This document shows, in pieces, positions 24,844 to 37,700 of a stretch of DNA of 64,000 nt. Each line of letters begins with the position of its first letter. Position 1 is the first letter of the stretch. This stretch comes from Chrysomallon squamiferum. Taxonomy: Eukaryota > Animalia > Mollusca. The stretch spans positions 5,518,001 through 5,582,000 of the forward strand of contig CM022670.1 in assembly GCA_012295275.1 (NCBI GenBank). The letters are read 5' to 3'. Both the position numbers and the translations under genes were made by a program. The notes beneath the pieces are model-generated. The model was not told where the DNA came from. It worked only from the letters and a program-made list of their open reading frames with translations, and did no database searches.

Positions 24844-27800
24844 TCAGCCAAATGTCACCGCGAGTTCGTAACAAGCAACAAACACTGGGTGTTTGCCTGT
24901 CATCGTCAGGTTCAATCTTGCAAAATATTCTCCAGGTGGAAAGACCTCAGTCAGCACATCAAAAGTAGCACCTTTCCGTAAGTCATAGACTCCCTTCAGT
25001 ATAAAAACATCAACATAACTCTCATATTCATAACCATACATTCCTGTCAACATATATTTTATAAAAATCAGTTTACCTGGTTCATTTCCAAGTCAAATAC
25101 TCCCTGACATTATGTCAACAAAACTCCCTTTATCAATAACTGCCAACATATAAACACATTAAAATAATTATATTATTTGAGTGAAGTCACCAAAAATGGA
25201 ATATTAATTTTCCTCAAAACAGGGTTTTATTCAAACTATTTTATAATAAGCAACAAACTGACTTTCATGATCTCTCTTGTACACGGTAAAAATTCCCTTT
25301 CTCTTATGTCATGTTCATCTGATATAAACATATCGAGTCAAATTATACATACCTTTGGGAAAGGACAATGACATGGAATTTTGGCATCAACAAAAGCTTT
25401 AGGGCAAATTGGTGGTTTAATCAAAGAACAGATGTCGTCATAGTTACATGAGCCAATGAATCCTAAACAAGGTAGAGTCGTGTTCCCGAATGATGTTTTT
25501 TTTATCAGAGTAACATTGGCCTGAAAAACATCAAATACATTATTTTTACACAGCTGATAATTTAAATAAAGTTATACTCTTAAACCACATCAGGAGGAAT
25601 TTACACCTAATAAGTAGTGTATTAACTGGACTTTAAAGCAAATTAATACTTGTAATGGACAATTTATCTGGCATTTCTGATTGGAGGTAATCCAGATTTT
25701 CCAGTTTTCGAGATAACTCTGCTTTCTTTGAGACACAAAATGATTTCTTTTCAGCATGTTTAGAAGGCAGTTGTGATAAATAGTGAAAATGTCATAAGTC
25801 ACAAAAAGTGAAATATAGTGGCTAAATGGCAAAGTATATAAAACCTCTCAATTTTAAAAATAACCAGTTTTCTGGTAGATAAACATAATGTTACTGAAAA
25901 TTTCAGGGATTTCTTGTAATTAGTAGTTTCAAAGACTAATAACACTTCTATAATTTTATGAATACTCTGGTTAGGAATGACAACATATAATAGTATGACT
26001 ACTGTTACATGTACAAAATATCAACATGTAGCAGTGTGACTACTGTAACATGTACAAAATGTCAACATGTAGCAGTGTGACTACTGTTACATGTACAAAA
26101 TGTCAACATGTAGCAGTGTGACTACTGTAACATGTACAAAATGTCAACATGTAGCAGTGTGACTACTGTTACATGTTGTCAACATATACAAAATAATCAA
26201 CATGTAGCAGTGTGACTACTGTTACATGTACAAAATGTCAACATGTAACATGTACAAAATGTCAACATGTAGCAGTGTGACTACTGTTACATGTACAAAA
26301 TGTCAACATGTAGCAGTGTGACTACTGTTACATGTACAAAATGTCAACATGTAGCAGTATGATTATTAAGTTATTATATACAAAACATCAACATGTAGCA
26401 GTGTAATTACAAAATATAATTTAAGAGTTGACAGTATTAGGACACTGTGTACATAATTACACCATTAAAATAAACTATTAAAATATAATGCAACTTATAA
26501 ATTCAAGTGATAACCAGCAGATACTGTGAATATATAATATAGCACTCTGTTAGTTACTTACAGCCAGGTTAGATGGTATTGTCATGTCATTTTCCACATA
26601 AAAAGAAACAGTCATTCTGCCTGGAAAGACAAGAGGGTCTGGATCAAAGTTCAAGCTCTTTATAATCATTGTCCCCTGAGGCATTCCAGGACACTGCTTG
26701 TAAGAGAACTGCAACAGTTTTACCCGTTTTACATTCTGCATCTAGAATAGAAATAAAAATACATCTAAATTAGTATTACGTCAAATGTTTTCTCCCACAT
26801 TAACCAGAAAATAAATAAGTTTCAACATATACCAAATGGCTATTCTATTACAAATTCCTATTTCAGTATAGGCTATAGGACTACTTTTTACTTTTATTTC
26901 AATTTTCCTTTACACATATACAAACCAACTTTCATGATTAATCATGCACATACATTACATCATGCTGTGAGGATTTCAGCTGATATGTGAATTCATGCCA
27001 TGAATACTGGACTTTTTTGATGCAAAGAAGTAGGAATATTACTAATTTACTGCTTTGTTTCAAACATATTTTGTTAATACATACACACAGATATTTATAT
27101 CAAACTGAGTAGGGTTTTTTTTGTTATTAATATGTAATCTAATTATTCTTAATAAAACAGTACATTAGAATAATACATATATACTTTTCTTTTTTTGTTG
27201 TTTTTGTGTTTCTTATATATACATTCTCCAACAAACTCAAAGTCATGTGACAGCTTTCATATTCTTTTATTGCACAGAAATTGTTTTATAATTATTTTAA
27301 ATTTCTTTTCTAATTTCAGACATGCACATCCACATGCTGGACATTTAACATTAGAAGGCATAAATATGAACCTAATTTGATCAGTGGTTTTTAACCATAG
27401 ATAATTAATATATTTTTCTTTCATTTTTTGTTTTCTTACCTACTCCTCTACTATCTCTATACTCCAACCCACTTTATGACAATGGTATTATTTTGCAGGT
27501 ACTTGTACCCTGAGCCTGTATTATAATGAATCATAGAAGCACATCATGCATTGCTTTTGGACACAAAATTAAAAAAATGTTGTTAAGAAATAGTTAATTT
27601 GGTAATAAAATTCTAAAATACATATTCATCTCTACATGTTGCTTACTTTCATTAGTTTTCAGTGATTTTCATAAAACTTAAAAGACATCCATGTACTAAT
27701 CACAACATCTTGTCTTATTAGCTCAGTTTGTAAAGTGCCAGACTGATGAAATGCTGGCTGGTATTGGAAACATGGGTTGAACTGTTGTCCGCTAGTATGA

Positions 27801-29594
27801 TTTATCATCATTTACAATTGTAATGAAAGAGTGAATGAAATATAGAAGAGAGATGCAATTAAAAACGTTATTTTATTTTAATATAGTTCATGAAATAAAA
27901 AATATGAAAATGATGAATCATATTAGAGATTTCTTTTTATGTAAAATACAACTAGCATGTGAAACAGTTGAAACTATTTAGTTGAAACATGTTTTAGAAC
28001 AGACACTACTGTTCTGGCCAATGCTAAATTTTATTGAAAGAAAAAGGAAAAAAGTAAAAGTTTGCTTAATCTAAAGGGTGCAAGGATTAACTTAGCCATA
28101 AAAATCACTGATACTGATAGTGATGTGCATCATACTGATACATCATACACTGATACTGTGATATTAATTCTGTGACAGTGAAGATGTAGCTGCTATATAT
28201 GTTACAAAAGTTGTCACTGTGCTTCTCTCAAAGGTCACCTGACTTCTGTGACATGTTTTTGCTTTATTTGTAGGGGGTTCCCTCATTCTCATTTATGTAT
28301 TGTCATTATTTTTAGTAATATTTACATATTTTCTAAGAATTAAAACATATCATGATGTAATATACATATTCAGCATCATCGTATTCATTTATTGCCATGT
28401 CATCTTTGATACACAGAGTTGAATCAACAGACAAATTTACCATTTCAAAATGACCATTGTGTGACTGTAATAAGCTTATTTGGTAGTGTAAATCATAGTT
28501 AAAATCAAGCTACAAATTGTGCATTTCTCTAAAAATTTTATACAAATATTTTGGGTAGCAAGTACTTAATTTTGGATATCAAAATATGAGGTGTTCTCAG
28601 CAAATTGGTATGGACTTAGTCATTACCTCTGCTGGCAATGTCTGAAAAGTTCGATATTGCATTTGTTTAATCTAGTAATTATGTGGACTAATAATCCAGT
28701 TTTAGATAATATTTTCTTTCTGATCAAGATGTTGGTTATGAAGACGGTTCTTAGCAACTTTGATTTTTATGACTTATTTTTTACATCTGTGTAATGAAGT
28801 TATTCAGCAAATGAACATTAATTAATGTTATTAATTAACTGATAAAATAAAATAAAAAATAAAAAATAAAATATTCACCAGTCTTATAAAATGATATTTT
28901 TGTACACTGGTTTAACTTCTATGGAGTTTTTAAGAATTTCATAATGAAGGTGTAAGGTACATATGAGCTAAGTAGTGCAAATAATTGATAAAAATTCAGG
29001 AATGTCAGCAATATGCTTAACAATACTAAACTCTTCTCAAGCCTCATTTCAATCTATAAACTGTAATAGTTAATACATGTATATTGTATATCCATAATAT
29101 TGGTTTCAATCTATATGAGGCATTTAGTGTTTAAATAAATCAGTTTCTCCAAAGAATGACAGATTCTGATAGAAAAAATACCGGCTAATTTTATTCTGAT
29201 AAAAATTCCTAACTTTTAACTTAACTTGGTGTACTTTTAATCTACATTTTTTTTTTTTTTTTTTTTCTTTCTGATGATGATATATTATTATATATTATAT
29301 AATTTTATAGGAAAATGGTATTTTTGAAAATTTTGTCACACATCTGTATAGTGATACTGACACTAGTGACAGTCACATTCATAGACAGTGCTAATGACAG
29401 ATTTAACTTGAATCTTAAGTTATACAAGTTAGTTAATAGTATAGTTATACTACAAGTTGTAGTAATATCAGGCGACTCACTGTCATTTCTTCCATTTCAA
29501 AGTGAACAATATTTTCTACGTGTTTTGCTGATACACATTCTGTAAATGTATACAGCAAAGATAAAACAATTAGAAAATAAATGCTTGAAGTCAT
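24844..29594 (-). CDS. GM2A: Ganglioside GM2 activator-like secreted/lysosomal lipid-binding protein (ML/MD-2-related domain), ~203 aa
   Basis: Exons 29481-29594 (signal peptide MTSSIYFLIVLSLLYTFTECVSA), 26562-26741 (FSYKQC...IKSLNFDPDPLVFPG), 25353-25520 (LPCLGFIGSCNYDDIC...CP...IPCHCPFPK) and 24844-24993 (GVYDL...GEYFARL...VACYEL). All junctions are phase 0 and GT-AG. The cysteine pattern is that of GM2AP. Orthology versus paralogy is unresolved. Confidence 0.88.
25977..26410. repeat. Minisatellite, ~41-bp unit (tgtcaacatgtagcagtgtgactactgttacatgtacaaaa), ~10 copies, in a GM2A-like intron
   Basis: Near-identical head-to-tail copies with no spacers. Confidence 0.95.
27712..27795 (+). mobile_element. 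Decayed tRNA-derived SINE head / tRNA pseudogene
   Basis: A-box-like tagctcagtttgtaaagtg (~27719-27737) and B-box-like gggttgaact (~27774-27783). It does not fold into a clean cloverleaf. Confidence 0.4.
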
Positions 29595-29912
29595 AGTGTA
29601 TTATTATCACTTTTTCCTCCTTTACAAAACAACAGTCGGAAGCACATGATAATCACGAGATTTTAGTCTCAATTAATATTGAGTTGTCTGAAACCGTTTT
29701 TTCAAAAACATTTGAACAAATCAAGACTCGATGGGGTTTTTTTTTTTTTAATTTCGTGAATAATACGGAAACAGACGAATTGTTCCGATTGTGACGAAGG
29801 CCGTGAAATAGAGTGGGGGGATAAAAAAAAAAAATAAAAAAATAAAAATGGCTGCTTACATGCGATGAAGATGTGGAGAAAATTGCAAAAATGAAAAGAT
29901 TTTTGGATATCA
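29595..29912. promoter_or_regulatory. Bidirectional promoter GM2A-like/FBXW7, with a probable non-coding first exon of FBXW7
   Basis: CpG-enriched relative to the flanks. YY1-like AAAATGGC at 29845-29852. A donor CA|GTAAGC at 29912/29913 could pair with the acceptor tttcag| at 31696. Confidence 0.55.
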
Positions 29913-31720
29913 GTAAGCACTTGATTAGGTTATCGCATTTGTTTTTAGTCTCGACATCGAATTAATGAATAAGTTTAACATGTTTCAAATAATCGAAATG
30001 AAAATTCGTCGTGAATGTTTTCAATTTAATTCAATAATTCATTAGTTCAATAGTTGAATAGTTCCTAATATTCATTATATTGTAATAATTATATATAATT
30101 TTATATCATATTATTAAATTAAGGTTTATATCAAGTCAGACGAACCGAATACCGTTTAAATTGTCCATTTTAGATTTATAATTTCTAACTCGTAACTGCT
30201 ATAGACTATAGCATACTACTATAATGTCTTTGGTATAGATTAGAATAATAAAAATACGTATATAACATTATGATTATCATAATTACACTGATTATTATCT
30301 CGGATTTGATTTATACCGTATAAGGGTATTTTGATATAGAGCGTATAACTATAACGTGTAAGCCATTTTAGTTATATAATTCAGTCTGTTCATCAATTCT
30401 CAAAAAGCACAGAGAAACAAAATTTAAATTTACAGATTGGCTGATTCCATTTTGATTTTTTTGTACTTTAGTGTTAATTAATAATAATAATAAAGTCAAA
30501 CGTTGTTGCCCTAAAACTATTTACCACAATACTGAATAATATCTCTTTGTCTAATCTGACATATTTTATTATTTTTATTAATTTTGCTATGCACAATTTT
30601 AATGTATATGATGATCATATCAGTATATATCTTGATTCTTAAGCAGGATTGCCACCTCCATCAGCTAAAGCTTTGGCTACTTTTCTCTCAGCAAGAACAA
30701 ACAAATAAAGAAAAATAAACTCATTTAGACATGTTCTGGATACCAGAATTAGCTATATTTGCAACTTAATATGTGCATATGTTATCTTGACATCCAGACC
30801 CAAGCAATTTTAACTGTTTATATCAAAAATCATCAGAGTTTTACACACACTGCTATTTCAGATCACAACATTGAGTCAAAATGATTTTGCACCAGTAGTA
30901 ATTACTGAAGTGACAGAAGAAATTTCCTTCCATGAAATCTATTTCTGTCTGTCTTTCCATTTCCAAAACACTTTAGATTTAGTTCTTCTGTGTAGTTCTT
31001 GTAATATATAAATGTCTCGTTTTTGGTGCTTAAGTTTTGAAAAAAACCCTACTCACAATTAACATAATGTATAAACTATTTCTACATCACTTTGTCTCAG
31101 TTTGCCTAATTTCTTACAAGTCACTATTCAGTGAAAAATAGTGAAGAGTTGGACAAAAAGCAGTCTTTTGGCTGTTTGGAGTTAAGAACATTGTCAGATT
31201 CCTGTTTTCATAAGCTTCATTGTTATATCTTATTGATTTATTCATCCCTGTATTACCTTGCTTTGTCTAAACATTAACATGCTGGCAGTTGGTAAAGTTA
31301 ATGAAAAATTATGTCTTTTTCTCAGAAAATGAGGCATGCAGCAAATAACAGTGTGCATAAAAGTGCTTTATTATTAATATCTATCAAATGCCTCACTTGA
31401 TGGAGAAAAAGTATGTTTAAACTTATTTTTAACAAAATATCAAAACTTCTGTTGCATTCCAGTGACTAAAGATTAGTGTATGTGACTTAAGACATGGTTT
31501 GATGACAAGTCACATTTCAACACTGATATTGATATGTTATATATATATATGTCATTTGATCATTGATGTTGATGAGCTGTTATTTCAACACTGATGGTGT
31601 TGACAATATCTGTGTTGTATTGTATCAAGTAATATTTCTTACTATTAATTGAGTGTATTTTTGTTTCTATTAGCTAAGTTTATTTGGTCATTTCAGCATT
31701 TCTGCTAATGATGTCCTGGC

Positions 31721-34700
31721 ATGGCTCGTCGCAGAATTGATGTTAACACTGCAACAGCTGTTGAGTTCGAAAAACTTGTTGGAGTTGGTGCATGCAAGGC
31801 TGAAGCTATCATTAAACATCGAAATGTACTGATAGTAGTTTTTATGTGTGAATCCATTAATAATATGCTTCTACCACATTATAATTTTTTGATACATAAA
31901 ATTTCTGATTAATATTAATATAAATGTATATGTTGATATCAGTTATAATGTTTAGCAAGTTAAAAATAGATTTAACTAATAAAAAAACAAACAGAATATA
32001 GCTTTACATAAAGAGTTATGGTATTGACATACAGAATAGAGTTAGTATTAGTGAATAATAGCATCCACATACAGAATATGTGGTGATATATCCTGAGACC
32101 TGGTATTCACCTGATATTCACATATACTACAAAAACAATATAGAATTTTATTTCAGTACCACTTAGTGTTATTCTGATTTAATGCTTGTAAAATGTTTTG
32201 AATGTGTTTTTCTTTTTAATCTTTCTTTTTTCTCTCTTCTTTTCTTTTTGCTGTTTATTTATATTTGATTCTTGCAGGAAATAGGTTCTTTTAGAAGTGT
32301 TGATGACCTGAGTGATGTTCCTGGGGTCAGTAGCTGTTTAGTTCATCTAAACCGAAAACGTCTGCTGTGTCGACCATTACCTCATAAAATTAGAGCTTAC
32401 ACACCTCGCAGAGGGTAAGATGTTTTTCACACTGATAAAATGTGTTTTTGTACCTTTAAAATCTACTGTTAAAATACTTTGTTACTAAAATCTTCAGTTA
32501 AAATACTTTGTTACTAAAATCTTCAGTTAAAATACTTTCTTATGCTACTAAAATCTACTGTTAAAATACTTTCTTATGTTACTAAAATATGTTATGATAC
32601 TAAAATGTACTGTTTAAATACTGTATTGTGTTACAGAAATCTTCCTTTGAAATATTTTCTTGTATTACCAAATGTCCTGTTAAAATAAATTATAATTTAT
32701 TGTGTTATAAAAGTTTAGTGTTAACATCTACAAGTTCAACTTGTTTGCATATTTAAAATTAATTTTTGTCATATATTTATAAACATCTCTGTAAAAATGT
32801 TTTGTAATTTAGATTTATTAATTTTACTAGTCATGAGAAATGTATTGGACTTCTGCTTGGAACTTAGTATCACATTAATGATATGAATCTGACATATTTT
32901 GTGTTTATCCAGTGGATGCTTTTAATAATATTCACAGTAATCAGTTACATTTTTTGCCCTGCCTTGAAAAATCATCATCTCCAAGAAAGTGTTATGTAAT
33001 GAGATGATGTGATAAAGTTAAATGAAAAGTGCTAAACAATGGTCACTCAGAAGGGTGCAGTTATTACGAGTAACACAGAAAATAATGGTACCATGGTACA
33101 TGAAAAATAATTGATGTCTTTTTTGTCGTCAATATTTCAACCATAGAATAATTCCAATAGACAATTATTATTTTGTGCTGGTGTGTCATTAAACAAACAT
33201 TAAATCATCTAATTACAACATATTTTTTTCTTAAAATATTTTCTTTCATTACTAACATACATTTTTTTTTTTTTTTTTCTGTGTAGACTTCGTAGGCTGA
33301 CTCGACAATCTTCCCAGCAGACCACATCAGAAAATTGTAGTGTGACAACTCAAAATTCAGACAACTCAAATGCAACATGTCATCAGTCAGACAGTTCAAG
33401 TGTGACAACACAACATTCAGATAGCTCAAATGAGACAACACAGCATTCAGACAGCTCAAATGAGGCAACACAACATTCAGATAATTTCAGTGTGACAAGT
33501 CAACATTCCGAAAATTTGAGCATTTCAAGTCGTCGACAGTTGGTGACACGGTCTCGAGTACATGATTTTTCTGTCAAAGATCTGTCTGAAGTTAATGGTC
33601 ACCAGTTGTCTGTGTGTCAAGTGAAAACACAGGTACCTGTCTTTAGTCAACAGTCACCTGTTAGTATTGTCTTTAGTCACCAGTCACCTGTTAGTATTGT
33701 CAGTAGTCACCAGTTACCTGATAGTTGTAACCAGTCATCTGTGAGTACATGTTGGTTATCACCAGTCACCCCTCAGTAGTCACTAGTCACATGTCACTAT
33801 TGTCAGTATTGTCAGTAGTCATCAGTTACCTGTGTGTGTGTGTCAGAAGTCACCAGTCACCTGTAATTATTGTCAGTAGTTACAGGGATCTGTATTCTGA
33901 AAATCCTGGTGTTTAGTAGAGATGTCCTAATTTCTGATTTTCTTGGCTAATTTCTTAATTAGCAGGTTTTTGGACTGAATATGGTTAGTCTGTTTAGATA
34001 TTTGCTATTGGGAGGAGTAACAGTTTTAACATGTCTAAAAACAGCACATTTTTTAGAATGTATTCAGTGTACACTTGTTTGTATTTTATGCATATTACAT
34101 ATATCCACAATTTTTATTGCCATGCACTTGTATTTATCCTCTTTACTTGCACTTAATTGCTGCACAGTTTGTTACAGTCACAAACATAAAATTAAACATC
34201 TACATGTATAAATCAGTATTCTGTTTCTAATTAAAATAGGACTTTTAACAACATATTTTATTCAGATTCAAACCACAACAAGTGATAAAATTATTTAGCA
34301 AAAGTGTTATTCTTATTTGTTTATGATTACTTGCAGTCTGGTTTTCAGACCTCTGCTTACATTTGTACAGTTATTTTTCATGTCCATCTCAATTAGTTTA
34401 ATTTGAATGCAAATTTAAAAGAACTGTTTATTGTCAACTTCTAAGCACAACAGTAGAACAATGCATTTTTGCAACTATTCATGCAGTTTTTCACATGATC
34501 TCATTCCATGTGACCAGTTGGTGATAGATAGACATCTCTGTTGTACTCATTCATAGAAACAAAGTCTGTATCAATTGATGAATGGTATAAGAAGGAGATA
34601 AAAAATTCATTAAGAATTCCACAAAAAAGGCCTTTAATGATTTGAAGTTTATCAGTAATCACCACATTTGTTTATATTGGGAATATATGGGTATGTTTTA

Positions 34701-37700
34701 ATAGTCATGAGTTGTATAGCGAAAACAAAGAGATGTATGTATTAATAATCACATCTGTCTGTAGTTATCTGTAGTAAATAAAATGTAGATGTGCAAAAAT
34801 AATTGTGAGTTCCGTGGTTGGTATTTATTAGCAATCATTAATTGTTTATACTGCAGGAAATGACAATTTGATATAGATATATTGGTTTTGAAGACAGTAG
34901 GCAATTTGATGAATGATGTAAAAACGTGGTGTTTAATAGTTAAAACATTTGTTTTTTAAATTCCTCGAAGCTGTTGTGAAAATCTGCCTTAGGTTTCTTA
35001 ATGAAATGTATTACTTTTAACTAAGAATTTTCAGCTCATTTTTACTGAATAAAATGAATAAAAACTTGTAAAAGATCTGTTTTACTCACATACACATTAT
35101 TTTTATTATTCTATTTTTGCTTTTTTTAAAAATTTATTTCCATGCAGGGTAATGTGAATTTTTCAAATCACTGTTTATAGTATCCAGAGTACTGAAGTCA
35201 TATGAAGTAATTTGTTGTTTTTTTTGTTTTTTTTACAGAATGGTGCAACACAGCCAAATGAACCAAAATATATGGATGCAGCAGACAACAGTGTTGGTGA
35301 TTTAACTGTTGACCATTCTAATGATGGTTCTGATCAGAGTGATGACGATGACGATCATGATGATGATGATGATGAAGTTGAAAGTGAATGTAGCTGTGAC
35401 TTGCAAGATGCTGCAGTTTTGAGACTGAGGCAGTCTGGGTTCATGGGTTCATGTACAGCAGTCTGCTCCTATAGTCATGTATGTAATAACTTCATGTTTA
35501 GTGAAAGTAAGCCTGTTTCTTCTAAAATCTGCTAAATATACTTTATACCTAAAACACTGACCCCTCCTTAGACTACCAAAAATTCTTATACAGCAGTAGA
35601 GTTCCATGAAAGAACAATCCAGCTGGACAAAATACACACAAAATAGTGGGATTCACAGTAGTTAGAATGACAAAGCTAACTTAACTATTCTGTTACAGAT
35701 TTTATGCAAATTGTAATGGAGAAGAAAGCTTTTAGGTGAAAAATGCAAATCTGTTAATTGACCTTGATTTTGACTTTATCAAAGTATATAATATCTGATT
35801 TTTATTCTTTCTTTCTTTTCTTTCCCCCCGCAAACCACACAGAATCGACATGTCCTTGTTATTTGTGAAAAAGATAATTAAACTTACGCTTCAAAATTGT
35901 TTATGTTACAGATGAAGAAAAGAAAATCAACACTTCTGAAGGATGATGGATTGTCACCAAGGAAGAAAATATGTCGAGTTCACTGTAAACACAGGTATTT
36001 ACTAAGAATTATTGTGAGTAGGTCCAGCCCAAATACATCTGATTATGCAGCAGAGTGCACTATCTTCAGTTACTGTTTCATATTCAGTTATTAAATTGTT
36101 CCTGTAAGAATAATTATTCTTACAGGAACCTTGTTCCATTCTTATCTTATGATGTGATGCATTCAGAATTTGAATATTTACCACTTTTTTTCCTTTTTTT
36201 TAAATTTTTTATTTTTTATTTTTTTTTTTTTCGACTGTGATGTGTTTTCTCCTAAGAGGTAGAGCCAGAGTTACACTGTTTAAAAAAACAAAATAAAATG
36301 AAATACTGTATCAAACATTACATTAACATATTTTCAAAACAGAATTTAAATACAGGTGTTAAACTCAAATTAAAAGAATGAATCATATTGAACAAGTTAT
36401 TATCTTAAAGACCTTATCAGTCTAAAGCAGATTGTCAAATATCTTTTGAAGAAAAAATCATTAATAATGATTTGATTATCTTTTTGTTTTTCAGTTATTA
36501 TCCCTGTCGTCATGCTTCAAATTCTGTCAGCAGCTGGATGCTGGGTAACTGCCCAAGTGGCAGTGTAGCCTTGTCTAGACAACGGATACCATCAAAAGAA
36601 AACCCACCACCCAAACTTTGTGGTTGGCTTCAAACATTCCAGGTTACAATTGTAATGTACCTTGTATTTGTGTCACTGTAACTGGCTAACAACTATGAGT
36701 ATATACAAAAAAGACACATTTAATATTAGTTTAGTCTGGTTTTATTGAACCGTTTAACAGTTGTAGGTATGCTTTTCTTACTGTGAGAGGCCTTATGCAT
36801 TAAATATTGGTTCACTTTGTAGGGATGGAGCAATGCTGAAAGGCTGATGGCTCTTGACGAGCTAATTACCTTCTGTGATCCCACACAAGTACGGCATTTG
36901 ATGCAGGTGATTGAGCCCCAGTTTCAGCGTGACTTCATTTCTCTGTTACCGAAGGAGGTTTGTAATTGATTTCACAAAGTCCTCTTGCAGTTCACTGTTT
37001 TACAAAGTTGACAGTATTTAATGAAATAGATTTCTAGTTAACGCTTTCATAAAGTAGACTTGTAGTTTACTCTTTCATAAAGTAGCTTTGTAGTTTACTA
37101 TTTCACAAAGAAGATTTAATTGTATCTTGTAGATTTAGAAAGAGATACATCTGTGTTTTACAAAGTATTTGTTTCAGTTTTACAAAATGATCACCTCAGT
37201 ATATACTAACCTGGTCGCTATTGTGGCAAAATACACTGAGCCTAGTTAATGTAGGATTCTATGTATCTAAAAGCTACTCACAAATTTTGATAATGGTAAC
37301 ACATTTTTTTTAAATTTGATTTTAGTTACGCAGACAGAAATGTCAACTAATTTATATAATTTTATAGGTAATATTTTAACAGAAATTTTCCTAACTAGTG
37401 GCAGAAAGCTGACCTATCACTGCAATAAACTGCTCTGTGTATTAATACAAACTTGTTATTACATCTGACTGTGTATTGTTAATACAAACTTGTTATTACA
37501 GCTGATGTTCTGTGTATTGTTATTACAGCTGATGTTCTGTGTATAGTTATTACAGCTGAGTGTCTGTGTATTGTTATTACAGCTGGCTCTCTATGTGTTG
37601 TCATTCTTGGAGCCCAAAGACTTGCTGCGTGCTGCTCAAACTTGTACTTACTGGCGAGTGCTTGCTGAAGACAATCTGCTGTGGAGGGAGAAGTGTAAGG

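Noticed and set aside
27712-27795. Functional tRNA gene
   Set aside because: The A and B boxes are degenerate and the acceptor and anticodon stems do not pair. Kept only as a SINE-like relic.
31721-32414. HhH exons as a separate EEPD1 gene or a horizontally acquired bacterial comEA
   Set aside because: No exonuclease-endonuclease-phosphatase domain follows. The module is split by a spliceosomal intron and joins FBXW7 exons in frame.
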